A stretch of 64,000 nucleotides of DNA. Origin: Camelus ferus (Eukaryota). The first letter of the stretch is position 1. Every line of letters begins with the position of its first letter. The translations under genes were made by a program, and so were the position numbers. The notes beneath the pieces were generated by a model. It was not told where the DNA came from. It was given only the letters and a program-made list of their open reading frames with translations, and made no database searches. This document shows, piece by piece, positions 1-13,790 of this stretch. The stretch lies in contig NC_045697.1 of the NCBI RefSeq assembly GCF_009834535.1, positions 50,346,001 to 50,410,000 of the forward strand. Reading direction: 5' to 3'.

Positions 1-1864
1 GGGTTTAAATCTTGGAAAGGTCTAGTCTCTTGTCCAGGTGACTAGGACCCCATTTGAGTGAGTGTTAGGTCATACTTTTCTGGCTTTACTCTGTTCTGTA
101 GCCTACACGCTAATGCCCACTTACGGACATCTGGTGGATGTGGTCACAAGGAAAGCTAAGTGAGGGTCAGCACAGTGGTCAGCACAACCCACTCTGTATC
201 ATGAAAAATAATTCAAAAGGCTCAATAGTGTAATATTTGTATCCAGTAGATGCATATTGCTGTCAATAATGGAAGATTTTCTTCCTTTCCTTTCTTTCGT
301 TTTAGTTTGTTAACATACTCCAAATAGGAAATGACATTTTATTTATTTATTTATTTATTTATTTCAATTTATTTTTTAATTTATTTTGCTTTGAGTTGAC
401 AACCGTAATGTCTTATCAAAAAGCCAATATCTAGATTCTAACTAACAGAGGAAAAGGGAGCTCCTTTGGAGATCACCAGCTAAAATAAAATAAAGCATCC
501 TTTGTTTGAAGTTCATATCTGGTGTGGGAAAAGTGGTTAACTCACCTATTGGCTTCTTGTGTTCACATTTCTAAGAATTAATATAATGAAAATTAAACAG
601 GTGAATAAGAGGAGACACGTGCAGTATTAATTCTTGAATAGCTGAATCGAATGTCAAAGAAAGCTTTGGAGCCACAGTAAAATAATCTGCCCAGATTTCT
701 TGTTACTCTGTATTTAGGATTTCTGCCCATCTTTGAAAAAAAGTTGTAACAGAAGAGAAGAAAGTTTCCCTCTGCACTGGGATTTAATCCTTGACTATTC
801 CTCCAATATTGACTGACACTTGGGAAGACACATGATTTTGGGGAAAACCTTCTTATAGTAAGTGAGGATACTGTTGTCTGGAGATATGAAATAAACATGC
901 TGCCTAGAGTTATGCAGTTTACAAGAATGATGGTGTTTCCATGTTCTCAGGAACTGGGAAGATTATCTCACCAAACAAATGTTTATTTTTCTTGATAAAT
1001 AAGGATCTGCCAGTATATTTATTACTTGATTGTGTTTAGGCCCCTTTGTGTGTCTCTGTCTACATGGGTGTGAGATTAGATTTTTAACCCCCAAATGCTG
1101 GGGCTGGTGCTCAGTGTCATCTAATAATGTCTTCAAAACCCTATATAAATCTGTAAGCCAGGACAGGTCTGGTTTGCTATCATGATAAGGAATCTATTTT
1201 GAGATTCAGGCTTCGTATGATATACGTGAAACATGAAGCCAACCAGAAGCCATACTTTTTAATGATTGATTTTTGATAGATCTTGTGCTAGACAATGGCA
1301 CCAACCCATGAGCACCAAACACAGGGGCAATAAAAGGATGAAGGGAGTTGATTACAGAGAATAGAACAGACGATATTCTCACATTTTCATAAGAGGCCTC
1401 AGCTATAGGCACCCAGCCATCTAGATGAAGGAAAGTAGATAGCCACACCAGTAAGGTTTTTAAAATATCTAAGCAGCTGACAGATGAGAGATTATAGTGA
1501 ATAAGTTCTGAAATTTGGTGGGATTTTTGTGTGGCTTCTTTTGCCCTGAAAATGGGAGCCTTCCATTTGTAGCCATTAGTACATTCAGTCCCCAGTGACA
1601 AAGTGGTGGCTTCAGATGATGGGCCAGGGGAGCGGAGATGGACCAGGAGTTAGGAGAGAAGGTGGTGTATGGATGAGATTCACACCATAACCCAGAAGGC
1701 AGCAGTGATGCCAGAGAATGGCTTCAATTTTTGAAATCAATCAAACTCAGGTCTAGTCCAGGCTCTGGCCCTAGTTCTTTTGAGGAAATTATTCAAAAGA
1801 TCTGAAATTTGACTTCATCATCTCTGAAGGGTAAACGATCCCACCTACCACAATGAATTGAAGT

Positions 1865-2058
1865 AGTTCAATGCAGTGGCCAAAAGCATCAAAGCCAGCC
1901 TCAAAATCACTTCATCACCTTGGCCAAGTTACTGCACCTCTGTGGGCCTCAGTTTCCTCACTTGTACGTTGCAGTGAATGACACCTAACTTCACATGGTT
2001 GTTTTGATAACTAAAGCTCCCGGCACATAATAATTGCTCAACAAATGTTAGTCGTTAT
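1865..2058 (+). mobile_element. MIR SINE
   Basis: ccttggccaagttactgcacctctgtgggcctcagtttcctcacttgta core; ggcacataataattgctcaacaaatgttag tail. Confidence 0.8.
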
Positions 2059-2492
2059 TCATTTTCAACAAATACGTATTGAGTACGTTTGTGGGGCCCT
2101 GCCCAAACCACTAATGAAACTAACTAATGTGTTTTGGTCATAGAAGACATGCAAGAAATATTTGATGAATGAAAGGGAAGGCAAACCTCTTGGTATGTCC
2201 CTAAGATTTGGTTAGGCTTTGACTATCCAATCCAGCATTCTTTACATGTCACTGGGCAACTGGCTGGTTGTTTTTTTTTCCAGCTGGAGTTTCTGGTTCA
2301 CAGTGAGTGGAGTCCAAAGTATTCCTTTACCCAACAATGAGATTAGCAGGAAAAGAGAAATGAGTCACTGTACTCTTCTTTCTCTGGGGTCTTTGTTATT
2401 GTCCCAAAGGGGTGATAGAGCAGGTCAGCCAAAGGAAAAGACAAACAAAGTGACCACAGGGATCTTTTTAAAAAGCTACCTGAAATGGAAAG

Positions 2493-2495
<3 letters not shown>

Positions 2496-2567
<72 letters not shown>
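2496..2567. repeat. (TA)n microsatellite
   Basis: Directly visible. Confidence 0.98.
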
Positions 2568-2570
<3 letters not shown>

Positions 2571-3819
2571 AAATGCATATATATATGCATATTTTCAACT
2601 GTCAAGATGAAAAACAGGGGTTTTTACATAGAGTGCATGTATGGGATTAGTGGGTGTGAGAGTCTTCTGTAATTGTAAGCATTTTTTTAGGTGCTTATGC
2701 ATTTTTCTGGAGGGAGAGGCTAGTGTTTCCTAAAGTTTTTTGAGAGATCTACTAGCCAATAAAAGGTTGAGATCTAGTAAGCAATGAGTGTGGGAAACAA
2801 ATAAGGAGATTAAGGTGATTTTGAGGTCAAAGCTTCAATTTATGGAGTGTAAATAAATGTAAATATGAAGAAAAACCTGTCAGAAAAAGGTGGTCAAGCT
2901 TATTAGACTCCAAAGGGATGAAAAATCCATTTCCGGGAAAGGGTTCAGTGCCCAGTTGCTGTCAAGATGCATGAAAGCCTGCTGGATCTACTTACCTCAA
3001 GATCATTAGGAAGGTTTTTTGAAAGATCATAATTATGCACTATGAAAACATATTCTCAATCACAGTTTCAACCTGTTGATATTTTTAATAGGCTAATTTA
3101 CTTGAAATTTGAAACTCTGAAAAAGTAGATTTTGTAAGTAATAACAGCAACCAAAAGCCTAAAATGATCTGCCACCTGCCCTGAGTAGTCAGTGCTGCTT
3201 AAATGCCACTGATGGTGCTTAAAACCCAAGTATGCCAGCATCTGTGGTACAGAAACCAAGTACCGTGGCACAAGCATATTAGCATTTGGTAAGAACAATT
3301 GCCAGTAAACACCGCTGACATTTCAGAGGCATTTTGCAAGCACAGGCATTAGGGAGGATCTGCTGGTGCTAGGATGGTTTGGCACCTTCGAACATTCTCC
3401 CTATTGTTATGAATAAATGAATCAGCCTGTTAATTTCTACTCTATCTGAAACATGGGAAATTCCCAAGAAGAGATTTCTTAAGACTCTATCCTGAGCCAC
3501 AGAGAACAGAGAGCATTCCTTGCTTTGCTCCATTTCCCAACTTACCTTTTTATTACTTTTTCCCCTTTAGTAGTAGTAGTACAAGAGTAAGATAATAGTC
3601 AGAGATGGGGAGGGGAGACTGGGCATTAAACATGGTTTATAGGTTAAGTGTTTTCAAAGCCTGGCTTGGTGAATCATCTAAGGTCCAAATACAATGTAAG
3701 ACAAATATCCAAAAACGTAATCTTTTATTTTCATAGTAACCATTTGTGTTCATATTTAAGGACATCTAGGTCTGTACAACTTTGACTTATCACTCCTTTC
3801 TAAATATTTATTTATACCG

Positions 3820-4340
3820 TTGTGGTTTCTGACTCCTAGCATCCACTTCTCCTTCCAGGAGCACCTCTCTGATCTTTCTTTGCAGAATTACGTCTATTTA
3901 GCTCATCAGCTGTTAGGTTAAGGTGGCACTAAACTCCCATCCCGTTTAACCCAACTCCAGGGGCTCGTGACCTAGATCGGGTAGTAAGAGTACTCCGTCA
4001 CTTTGGCCTCAGGACTGACTCAGAAACAGGCTTGTTGCAAGTTAGGCCAGTGGGATTCAACCCCAGGACACATGTGTCTGCCCACCTACTGAGGTGTCAG
4101 GCTATGAATCAGGAGCTTCTAGGCTCTATTGTAAAGGAGAACTTGCTGGAGAATGACGCCAACACAGGGAATCACAGTGGTATTTGAGCATTTGCCTTCA
4201 GTCATATCTGAAGCTGAAGCTACTCCTAGAATTTTCAATACCTAGACCAATAAATTCCTAATTTTTTTTTAGGGCGTGGGGGATGCGGGAAGCTGGGAGA
4301 GGCGAAGAGATTGTTTCTAAATCCGGTTTGAAAGGGTTTC
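3820..4340 (+). mobile_element. Old ERVL/MaLR-class solo LTR
   Basis: Starts tgtggtttctgactcctagcatccac; ends with ccaataaattcc...ccggtttgaaagggtttct, typical of these LTR 3' ends. Confidence 0.55.
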
Positions 4341-4703
4341 TCGAAGGAAGCCAGACTGAAACACATTCTGTTCCCTTTGCTTGGAAAACCTTCTTGCCTT
4401 CTCTTTACTTCCCAAATGTGTACTCATTTTCAAGGCTCAACTTGAACCTCGCCCTTTCCAGGAAGTCTTCCTTGACCATCCCAACCAATGAGCTCACCCT
4501 CCCTTGACATCTTACATCAGTGTTCTAGTTCTTATTCCTTGTCTGCCAGGGATTGTTGACCTTGGAATGCAGGTATTTTTTTTTCCAGGTGGTAATCTTA
4601 TTTCCTAAAGGGTAAAGCCAGTCCTTAAACATTTTATGTTCTCAGCCTGTGCCATAGAAGGTTATACATGGTAGGTAAGAAATATATATATACAAATATA
4701 TAT

Positions 4704-4710
<7 letters not shown>

Positions 4711-4761
<51 letters not shown>
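4711..4761. repeat. (CA)n microsatellite
   Basis: Directly visible. Confidence 0.97.
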
Positions 4762-5809
4762 TCTGTGGCTTTAATGAATGTGATGAAAATAGATACAAGT
4801 ACACTTCTTATCCACAAGTTAGTCCAGAATAAAACCTTGCAAGGATTACATGATTGCATAGTCATAAGGAAGATAAACAAGTACAGGGATTGCAGCTATC
4901 AGGATGATACCATTTGGTGTAAAGGGAAAGGCAAATACGGTATCAGAATTTTCAAGTCATATGTATTACATGGTGAACATTTTTTTATTGCTAATAGATA
5001 AGGGACTTGAGATTAGTATCTTCACAATTTATCACGTTTCCCCAGAGTTGGTGAGCTCACTCACCACTGATGTTGAGAACAACAGTTAAGAGTGTGGGGC
5101 ACAAACAGGACATACTGTAATGGGACATGGAGCTGAGACCTCAAAATGAAGTACACGGTAGTTATTTAAACATCTCAATTAGGAGTCAGTGCCACCATGT
5201 TTAAGGTCATTTCAGCACAATCACCAAGTTTGCTTCCCCAGAGGGGATTGCTGCCTTATTCCCTTGAGCACTCAGCTACTGCAGTCTCCTTTCCTTGTCC
5301 AGCCCTGGGTGTTTCAACAGCCTCCTTCTACAATCTGCCTGCCCCAGTTCATAAAACTTATTCAAGTCAGTAGACAAGCTGTATGAGGATCAAATCATCC
5401 AGATTTTCCTAGCAACACTGACTTCCATAAACATGTTATGTAGGTACTTTAAGTCCAGAAGGTTGTAAATAAGGGTTCCAACAAAGAACTTAATGTTTAA
5501 GAAGAGAAGGAAACCTAAACATCCGTGTTTGCAGTGTAGGAGCAGACAAGGCACGGGGCCACAGGACAGCAGACTGAGCCCACCCCCTCATCCTCCCAGC
5601 ACTTCTGATCCTACCCCCTTCCTTAAGAGGAACTTGGGGTACTTAAGTGTAATGTAATTGTCCAAGTCATACAGTAAATTAGAAGCTTTTATATCACAAG
5701 CTTTCAAATCACAGCTTTGAGTTTCTGGTCTCAGATTTGGTTGCTCTCCAGTCTCACCATCAATTATATTTTTCACTAGATATTGGCAGATAATTTTCTG
5801 ACAAGTTCA

Positions 5810-6251
5810 TTTTTCTTTAACTGAAGTATAGTTAGTTTACAATGTTGTGTCAATTTCTGGTATATGGCATAATGTTTTAGTCATGCATATACATATGTAT
5901 ATTCCATTATAGGTTACTACAAGATATTGAATGCACTTTCCTCTGCTATACAGTATAAACTTGTTTATCTATTTTGTATATAGTACCTGCAAATCTCAAA
6001 CTCTCAATTTATGCCTTCCCACCCCTATCCCACCCTGGTAACCATAAGTTTGTTTTCTATGTCTGTAAGTCTGTTTCTGTTTTGTAATTAAGTCTATGTC
6101 TTTTTTTCAGATTCCACATATAAGTGATATCATATATTTTTCTTTTTCCTTCTGGCTTACTTCACTTAGAATGACTGCCTCTAGGTCATTCATGTTGCTG
6201 CAAATGGAATTACTTTATTCTTTTTTATGGCTGAGTAGCATTCCTTTGTGG

Positions 6252-6301
<50 letters not shown>

Positions 6302-6420
6302 ATACACACACACGTCTTCTTTATCCAGTCGTCTGTCCATGGACATTAAGGTTGTTTCCATGTCTTGGCTACTGGAAATAGTGCTCCTATGAACATTTGG
6401 GTGCATGTATTTTTTTAATA
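5810..6420 (-). mobile_element. 5'-truncated L1 (ORF2 end and 3'UTR) containing (TG)n at 6255-6298
   Basis: Reverse complement of the L1 3' end seen at 8400-8960; ORF2 C-terminal-like sequence. Confidence 0.9.
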
Positions 6421-7065
6421 AAATTGCTTCGAAGAAAAAAATTTTGTCCCAAATTCACATTTCATCAATTTTTCCCCATAGATGATATCATATAACATAA
6501 ATCCTCTCTTGGACCATTTTCCCGCACTGATCACTGTGAGGTTTCTTTGTGAATTTTTTTTTTCCTTTTCTCATTGGTAACTGGTGGCAATTCAAGGTGA
6601 AGAAGGTGTTTCTCTTAGTCATTACATATTTGACTAATGCTAGAAACAACTTCCAGTTCTAATCTCACATTGCTTACCCTGTTGCCTGAGACATTTGAGT
6701 TTGCTGCTGCATGAAAATAGCAATTTGAAGAGATAAAAGTATAATAAATGCTATAAATAGTAACCAATGCTCTTGTCATTAGAGTGAACTACACCTCCAC
6801 ACCCACTTCCTTTACAACTTTCTGTCATGAGCTATTATATCTGAAGTGAAACTTGTTTCTGGTACAATCAGTAGAATGAACAACGAAACCATAAAGAGAT
6901 CAAAAGATTAATGGAAGAATGTTCTCTTTCACATACAGAGAAGAACCTGACTTTCAGGGATTCACACTGAACAAAGCTCCTTTGAACTTTCTGCCTTTGA
7001 TGCCTAAATCCTCTTCTGTGTTCTTCAAAGGAATATCCCAAATACTCAACTAAGAAATCTAGCAA

Positions 7066-8970
7066 ATGCTTTGGCAGCTCTGGATTTTTTTTGTGATTCC
7101 ATATAAATTTTAGGATTATTTGTTCTAATTCTGTGAAAAATGTCCTGGGTAATTTGATAGGGATCACATTAAGTCTGTAGATTGCTATGGGTGGTATGGC
7201 CATTTTAACAATATTAATTCTTCCAATACAAGAACATAAGATCTCTTTCCTTTTCTTTAAATTATCTTTAATTTTCTTAGTCAATGTCTTATAGTTCTCC
7301 ACATATAGGTCTTTTACTTCCTTGGTAAGATTTATTCCTAAGTATTTTTTTTTTTTGGATGTGATTTTAAAAGGGATTGTTTCTTTACTTTTCTAACATT
7401 TCATTGTTATTGTAAAGAAATGCCACTGATCCTTCTCAGACTTCAGACAATATTACAGATCTACAGTAATCAAAACAGCATGGTATTGATACAAAGACAT
7501 ACGGATCAATGGAACAGAATAGAGAGCTCCAAAATAAACCCACAAACTTTTGGTCAATCAATCTTTGACAAAGAAGGCAAGAACATACAATGCAATAAAG
7601 ACACTCTCTTCAGCAAATGGTCTTGGGAAAACTGGATAGCTGCATTTAAATCAATGAAGTTAGAATACTCCTTCACCCCATACACAAAAATAAACTCAAA
7701 ATGGTTTAAAGACTTAAACATAAGATAAGACGCTATAAACCTCTTAGAAGAAAATATAGGCAAAACATTATCCGACATAAACTTCAGCAATGTTCTCCTA
7801 AGACAATCTACACAAGCAATAGAAATAAAAGCAAAATTAAACAAATGGGACCTAATTAAATTGATAAGCTTTTGCACAGCAAAGGAAACCATTAGCAAAA
7901 TTAAAAGATAACCTGTGGAATGGGAGAAAATATTTGCAAAAGATGAGACTCACAAGGGCTTAATTTCCAGAATATATAAACAGCTCATACAACTTAGTAA
8001 GAAAAAACAAACAACCCAATCCAAAAATGGGCAGAAGACCTAAGCAAGCAATTCTCCAATGAAGACATATGAATTGCCAATAGGTACATGAAAAAATGCT
8101 CAGTATTGCTAATTATCAGAGAAATGCAAATCAAAACTACAGTGAGGTATAACCTCACGCCAGTCAGAATGGCCGTCGTTCAAAAGTCCACAAACAATAA
8201 ATGCTGAAGAGGCTGTGGAGGAAAGGGAACCCTCCTTCACTGCTGGTGAGAATGCAGTTTAGTGCAACCATTACAGAGAACAGTATGGAGATTTCTCAAA
8301 AGAGTAAAAATAGACCTATCATATGATCCAGCAATCCCATTCCTGAGCATATATCCAGAGGGAACCTTAATTCAAAAAGGCAAATGCACATCAGTGTTCA
8401 TAGCAGCATTATTTACAATAGCCAAGACATGGAAATAACCTAAATGTCCATCAACAGATGACTGGATAAAAAAGTTGTGGTATATTTATACAATGGAATA
8501 CTACTCAGCAATAAAAAATACCAAAATAATGTCTTTGCAGCAACATGGATGGACCTGGAGAATGTCATTCCAAGTGAAGTAAGCCTGAGAGAGAAAGAAA
8601 AATACCATATGATATCACTACAATGTGGAATCTAAAAGAAAAAGACAAACGAACTTATTTACAAAACTGAAACACACTCATAGACATAGAAAACAAACTT
8701 ATGGGTATGGGGGGCAAGGGAAGGAGGTGGGAAGGGATAAATTGGGAGTTTGAGATTTGCAGATACTAGTATATAAAAAATAGGTAAGCAACAAGTTTAT
8801 ACTGCATAGAAAACTGTATTTAATATCTTGTAGTAACTTACGGTGAAAGAGAATATGAAAACAAATATATGTACTTTCCTATATGACTGAAGTACTGTGT
8901 TGTATATTAGAAATTGACACAACATTGTAAACTGACTATACTTCAATAAAAATATATTAAAAATTTTTTA
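7066..8970 (+). mobile_element. L1 with 5' inversion (twin priming): minus segment about 7066-7428, plus segment about 7429-8970
   Basis: Track ORF 6868..7302(-) [45 protein letters not shown] and ORF 7420..7728(+) [13 protein letters not shown] are consecutive L1 ORF2 segments in opposite orientation; 3'UTR and A-rich tail follow. Confidence 0.93.
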
Positions 8971-11618
8971 AACCTAATACAAAATACTCATGGAAAAGCA
9001 CTACTTCCTTAGATGTTGAAATGGGTAATTTATTCTTTACTTACTCTACAAATCCTAAGACCCAATCCTTGCTGAAAATCCATGCAGTGCATATTATCCA
9101 TTTCTAAAGCAACTTCTTTCCACTAAACTTGGAAATATATTTACACAAGAGCTAGATCAGCTGGTGCTCGGAAAGAAGTACTTGTAGAGTTGAAAATTTC
9201 CACCTCAAAAATTATTTGGTTCCTCTCAAAAGCAAAAAAGCATTATTAGAAAATTTGTGGCAAAGGTGGATAGAGATGTTGGCTTAGTGTATCTTCTGAA
9301 ATACATGGCTATTTCATTTGGTTCCTGTAGTCCTTCTTTTCCTCTTTCCAAGAATAGGACTGATGTCCTGATCAGGACCGGCCTCCAGTGCGGTGTGCTT
9401 GTGATTGGCTTACGTTCCTGATGCTTTTGGTTCTTAGGTCCCTTCTGCCCTTTGGAGGTGTGCAGACAACTAGTACCAGAGTCTGTGATGGCTGTGCCGG
9501 CCTCCTGTATTGAGGGGACACACAGAGGCTTTGGGGATGACAAAGGTGCTGTCCAAGGTATCCTCTGAGTGAGCACACCACACTGCCATTTCCTCTCTGC
9601 TGCCTCCAAGGAGCAGGGCATCTTATGAAGCAGCCTTCCTTGCAGATCCATTGTGAACTGGGCAGAAGCCCTTGTTTTTTTCAAACCATCTCTTCTCCTA
9701 TATGAAGTTTCTGTCAGCTCACTACTCACTCTCATTTCAGGGTGCAGCCCAGGGCACTGTGGGCCTGGGTCCCTGAGAAGTGGGAAGCATTTCCACCCCT
9801 GCCTTGTACTCAGTTTTATAAAACTGAAGTGCAGAGCTAAGGTCTCCAGTCTCCGGGTTTCTCTGACTTGGTTTAACACCATCCGCTTACCCGTTACCAT
9901 TGGCCCTGGGCAAAGCCATTTGCTCTTCCCAGGCCCTGGTTTACACGTTGTAAACTTTATAATAGTCTCATCCTCATAGAGTAACAATGCAGTTTCAATG
10001 AACTGCACGAGTAAAGCATCTAGAACAGTACCCAAGAAACAGACAGAGTGAACGTACAGTGCTGCAAATTTCTGAATCTCACTGATACTGAGGAAAGAGT
10101 CATTTCCTCGGAACTGCCTAAAAAATAGAGCATCCTGAGGGCAGCAGACAACCTAGTCATGAGCAGCACTCGAGTCTTGCATGGTGATCACCTCCTCCCT
10201 GTGTAAAGAGTTCTAGGAGGATTTAACTCAGTGATGTTAGAGCTGATGAAACGGCAACTGTCACGTGAAGAAATGATCAAAAGGAATATAGCCAAAGACG
10301 GTTGGAAAAAAGCATTATGAGAGGTGTACCAGGTAGTTAATTAACAGGATATTGTGTCCTCATTCTAAGTAATAGTCACTTTCATAAATAATTGTACATT
10401 TGTAATTTCGTATTCTTTTTCTTAAGGAGGGCCCCCGAAGTTTCATCCCCCTCTACAAAATCTGAATTTGTCACTGAATTGTCCTTCATCTTTCTAAAAA
10501 ATAAGAAACCCACTCAGGAATTTTATGTACCCTGGGAACGCTCTCCAGAAAAATGCATGTGGTTTTCCCTACAAGTTCAGGGAGTTCATCTATTCTTTTC
10601 AAACTCATCTGTTGCCCTCTCATTAAGAACTTCCAGTTTTAAGGAATAATCAGCTGAGTTTAGGACTGTACACAAAACTTCAGTTGAAAAAGGAGACAAT
10701 AGGGTTGCTGTTCTGAATTTCCTCACAGGTACCTCGGCTTCCCTTCCCCACTTCCCACCTTATTTCCCCCAGGTTCTCATAAGCCTAAGGCTTTTCTGCT
10801 GCTTCAGGCAGTAGATAAAGCTTTGAAGGGCTGATGGCCTGGCACCGGTGAAAAGAGGTTGAAGGGCTCTTACCTGTGAGCTTTCTCTAAGACAAACATT
10901 CCTCAGGAGAAAAGTTGCACTCATGAGGGATAAAAAGAGAGGAGGATTTTTTTCCCTATTGCCAACTATTTCAAATAAGTCAGTGGCTTCCCACCTGCTC
11001 CCATAGCAACTCGTGTTTATACCTAACTCACCACCCTTGCTAATGTGATCCAATTATCTGTCTTTCTCCCGAACTGTGAGGTTTTAGCAACTAGAGATTG
11101 TATTATATGTCAACGTGATATCAAGTTCTGGAACATAGTAAGGCATCAGTAAATGATTATGGAATGAATGAATGAGGAGAACGGAAAATAACTTGGTTTT
11201 GTTAGCTACTTTTTATACCTGTTGAATAGAACCCACAGAACCAAACCATCTCTCCCCAACATAATAACCACAAAGCATCCTGTAGTTCATGTTACTAAGA
11301 ACTTTTATTTCCTTTTTAGCTTAATATACATAAAGCTAGCCAGTGTCAGCCGGTCACAAAATCTGAGGCGATGTCTGTGAATAGGAAAGATCTCTGAGGT
11401 TGCAACAGGAAGATTTACGCTATGTATGCATTTCCTTCTACATTCTTTCCAGTATTGCTGGTGTGGGGCCTCTGGGTGCACTGAGAATTTTGTGTGTGTG
11501 TATTCATGCAGATCACTTGTTAGAGCAATGTTTTTCCCATGCTGCTACCCTGGACAATACAGACAATTGTGGCAGCCCTAACTGAAAACATGAATGGTAG
11601 GGAAATTTCTATCATACT

Positions 11619-11925
11619 TGTAATGGTTAACTTTATGTGTCAACTTGCCTAGGCCATTTGTCAAACATCAGTCTAAATGTTGCTGTGAAGGTATTTTTTT
11701 GATGTGATTAACATTTAAATTATTAGACTTTGAATAAAGCAGTTTAACTTCCATAATGTGGATGAACCTCATCTACTCAGTTAAAGACCGTATGAGAAAA
11801 GACAGAGGTCACCAAGGGGAAAGAAATTCGTCTCCAAATTGCCTTTGCTATTAAGATGGCAACATCTGTACATCTATTTCCTGAGACTCCAGATTGCAAC
11901 CAATAGGAGATTATACAGATACACA
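11619..11925 (+). mobile_element. MLT2-type (ERVL) LTR fragment
   Basis: tgtaatggttaactttatgtgtcaacttg...gttgctgtgaaggtattttttgatgtgattaacattt is a characteristic MLT2 5' end. Confidence 0.8.
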
Positions 11926-12444
11926 CATAGGCTGTTGACCCTTGGACAACACGGGAGTTAGGAAAATTTTAATAATTAGTGCATGTCTGGAACCACCAGG
12001 AGATGGTGCACCGGATGTCATACAGCAGAATGCACATGTCATTCCTGTAACAGATCCATCAGATTGAAATGAAAAGATTGTTTCTAAAGCAAGATCGTCT
12101 TGGGCTGCCACACAGTTGAACTTCGTAGGCAGATTAAAGATTACCATTAAAACTAAATGTATGTGTTTATCCTTGGCTTGTCACTTTAAGAGCTTACTTA
12201 TAATACTTTAATGTTAGAACTATTTCCTGTAACGAGTTTAGGAGATGAGTTGAGGTGAGTTCCCAGCAAGAGCCCCAGATGTGGAGTTGATCAGAGTCCA
12301 GGTCTTTATCACACTTTGTCCTCGTAAGAACCTTAAGAGCCAGTTAGTGCCAGTTCAGAGTGATTTTAAAGCCTTGGCTCCTAGGTTCATTGGTTCTCTT
12401 TCATAAGGTTGCTTGAATGAGTGTAAGGGGAGGGGGGGGGTTGC

Positions 12445-12655
12445 CTAATGGTTAAGAGCCTTTACTCTGCAGCTACATTTGTACAAGTTATTTAATCTCT
12501 TTGGATCTCAATGTCTTCAAGTGCAAAATGGAAATAATAATAGAAACTCACTACCTCATAGATGTGTTGTAGGGGTCAAATGAGTCAATGCATACAGAGC
12601 ACTTGGAACACTGACTGGCACATAAGTGCTACAGAAGTGTTACCTATTTTTACTG
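12445..12655 (+). mobile_element. MIR SINE
   Basis: caagttatttaatctctttggatctcaatgtcttcaagtgcaaaatggaaataataatag...ctggcacataagtgct. Confidence 0.75.
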
Positions 12656-13149
12656 TATTGCATCAATACAGCATTCCATTCTTCATATGTTATGTATAAC
12701 ACTGGGTTGTTTTATTACACAGAGCACTGAAGGGAAGTGTCTAAGTGGAAAGGACACTGTCTGACTTATTCCCTGAAATATTTTAATTTCTCTAATGAAG
12801 TGGAGGAAACTCTTGAAGCAGAAACTCCTCGGTGGAGTTTCAGGGACTGGAGAGCACATGTGCTACTGGTCGACCCGATCATCTGGTTGTGAACTGAAAG
12901 GACATGAACAAACTAGAGGGTTTTAGGAGAAGTATATGCAACTACAGTATAACTAACAAAAGCTTAATTTTTCTAAGTATTCAGTAGTCCTAGGGGGTTC
13001 ACCAGTGAGAAGAGTACTCCAGTATTTTGCTGGGAACCCTGAAGGCATGATGTCAGGGTTCTAGCCAATGGAAAGAGTGGTATAATTTAAATACAATAGT
13101 CTCCTTGCTCACACCAAACTCCCCACATCCACTTCTCTTTCCCTTTTCC

Positions 13150-13790
13150 TAGACTCATCCATAGCCATTGACTTGAAGTCCTCTCCTCTCTTGACTTCCA
13201 TAACACCATGCTCTCCAGGGTATCTTTTTACGTCCCTGGTCCACTCACCTCAGTATCCTTTGCTGACCGCCCTTCTCCTCATCTCTAGATGCCATCATTC
13301 CACAGGGCTTTTCCTCAGTTCTCTTCTCTCTCCCACTGCTTCTCCTCTAGTGATTTCATGTGTTCTTACGGTTTTAAACACTACCTAGAGAATAATAAAT
13401 GTCACATTTACATGTTGAGCCTTGACCTCTATTCTGATCACAAGAAGCATTCTGTTCTACTTTCTAGTTGACATTTCTGTCTCCATGTTTCTAACATAAC
13501 ATTTGCAGAAGTGAACTTTTGATCTTTTCCCCATCTATTCCTTCTCCTGTCATTCTCATATTCATAAAGGGCAACAGAAGTCTAGAAAGTCACCTTGATT
13601 CTTCTCTGTCAGATTCTATTTTCAAAATCGATCTAGAATACACACTTCTCTCTGGTCCACTGACACAAGCATAATTCAAGGCATCCTGTTATCTACAAGA
13701 CTGAAAGCTTCCTAAATTGCCTCCTTATTTTATTTCTTTCATCTCATACCTCCTTTCCATAAGAGCTTGAAAAATCTTTCTAAATGTGCC
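13150..13790 (+). mobile_element. L2 LINE fragment (RT region)
   Basis: ctctcctctcttgacttccataacaccatgctctcc... pyrimidine-rich L2 ORF2 signature. Confidence 0.7.

Noticed and set aside
2219..2650. 143-aa ORF with an IYIYIY run
   Set aside because: The frame is held open by the (TA)n microsatellite.
6868..7898. ORFs of 144, 102 and 114 aa as host genes
   Set aside because: They are fragments or antisense frames of L1 ORF2.
9226..10035. Longest ORF in the track (269 aa, minus strand)
   Set aside because: Non-ATG start inside a MIR-like relic (about 9880-10050), no recognisable domain and no supporting exon structure; treated as a chance ORF.
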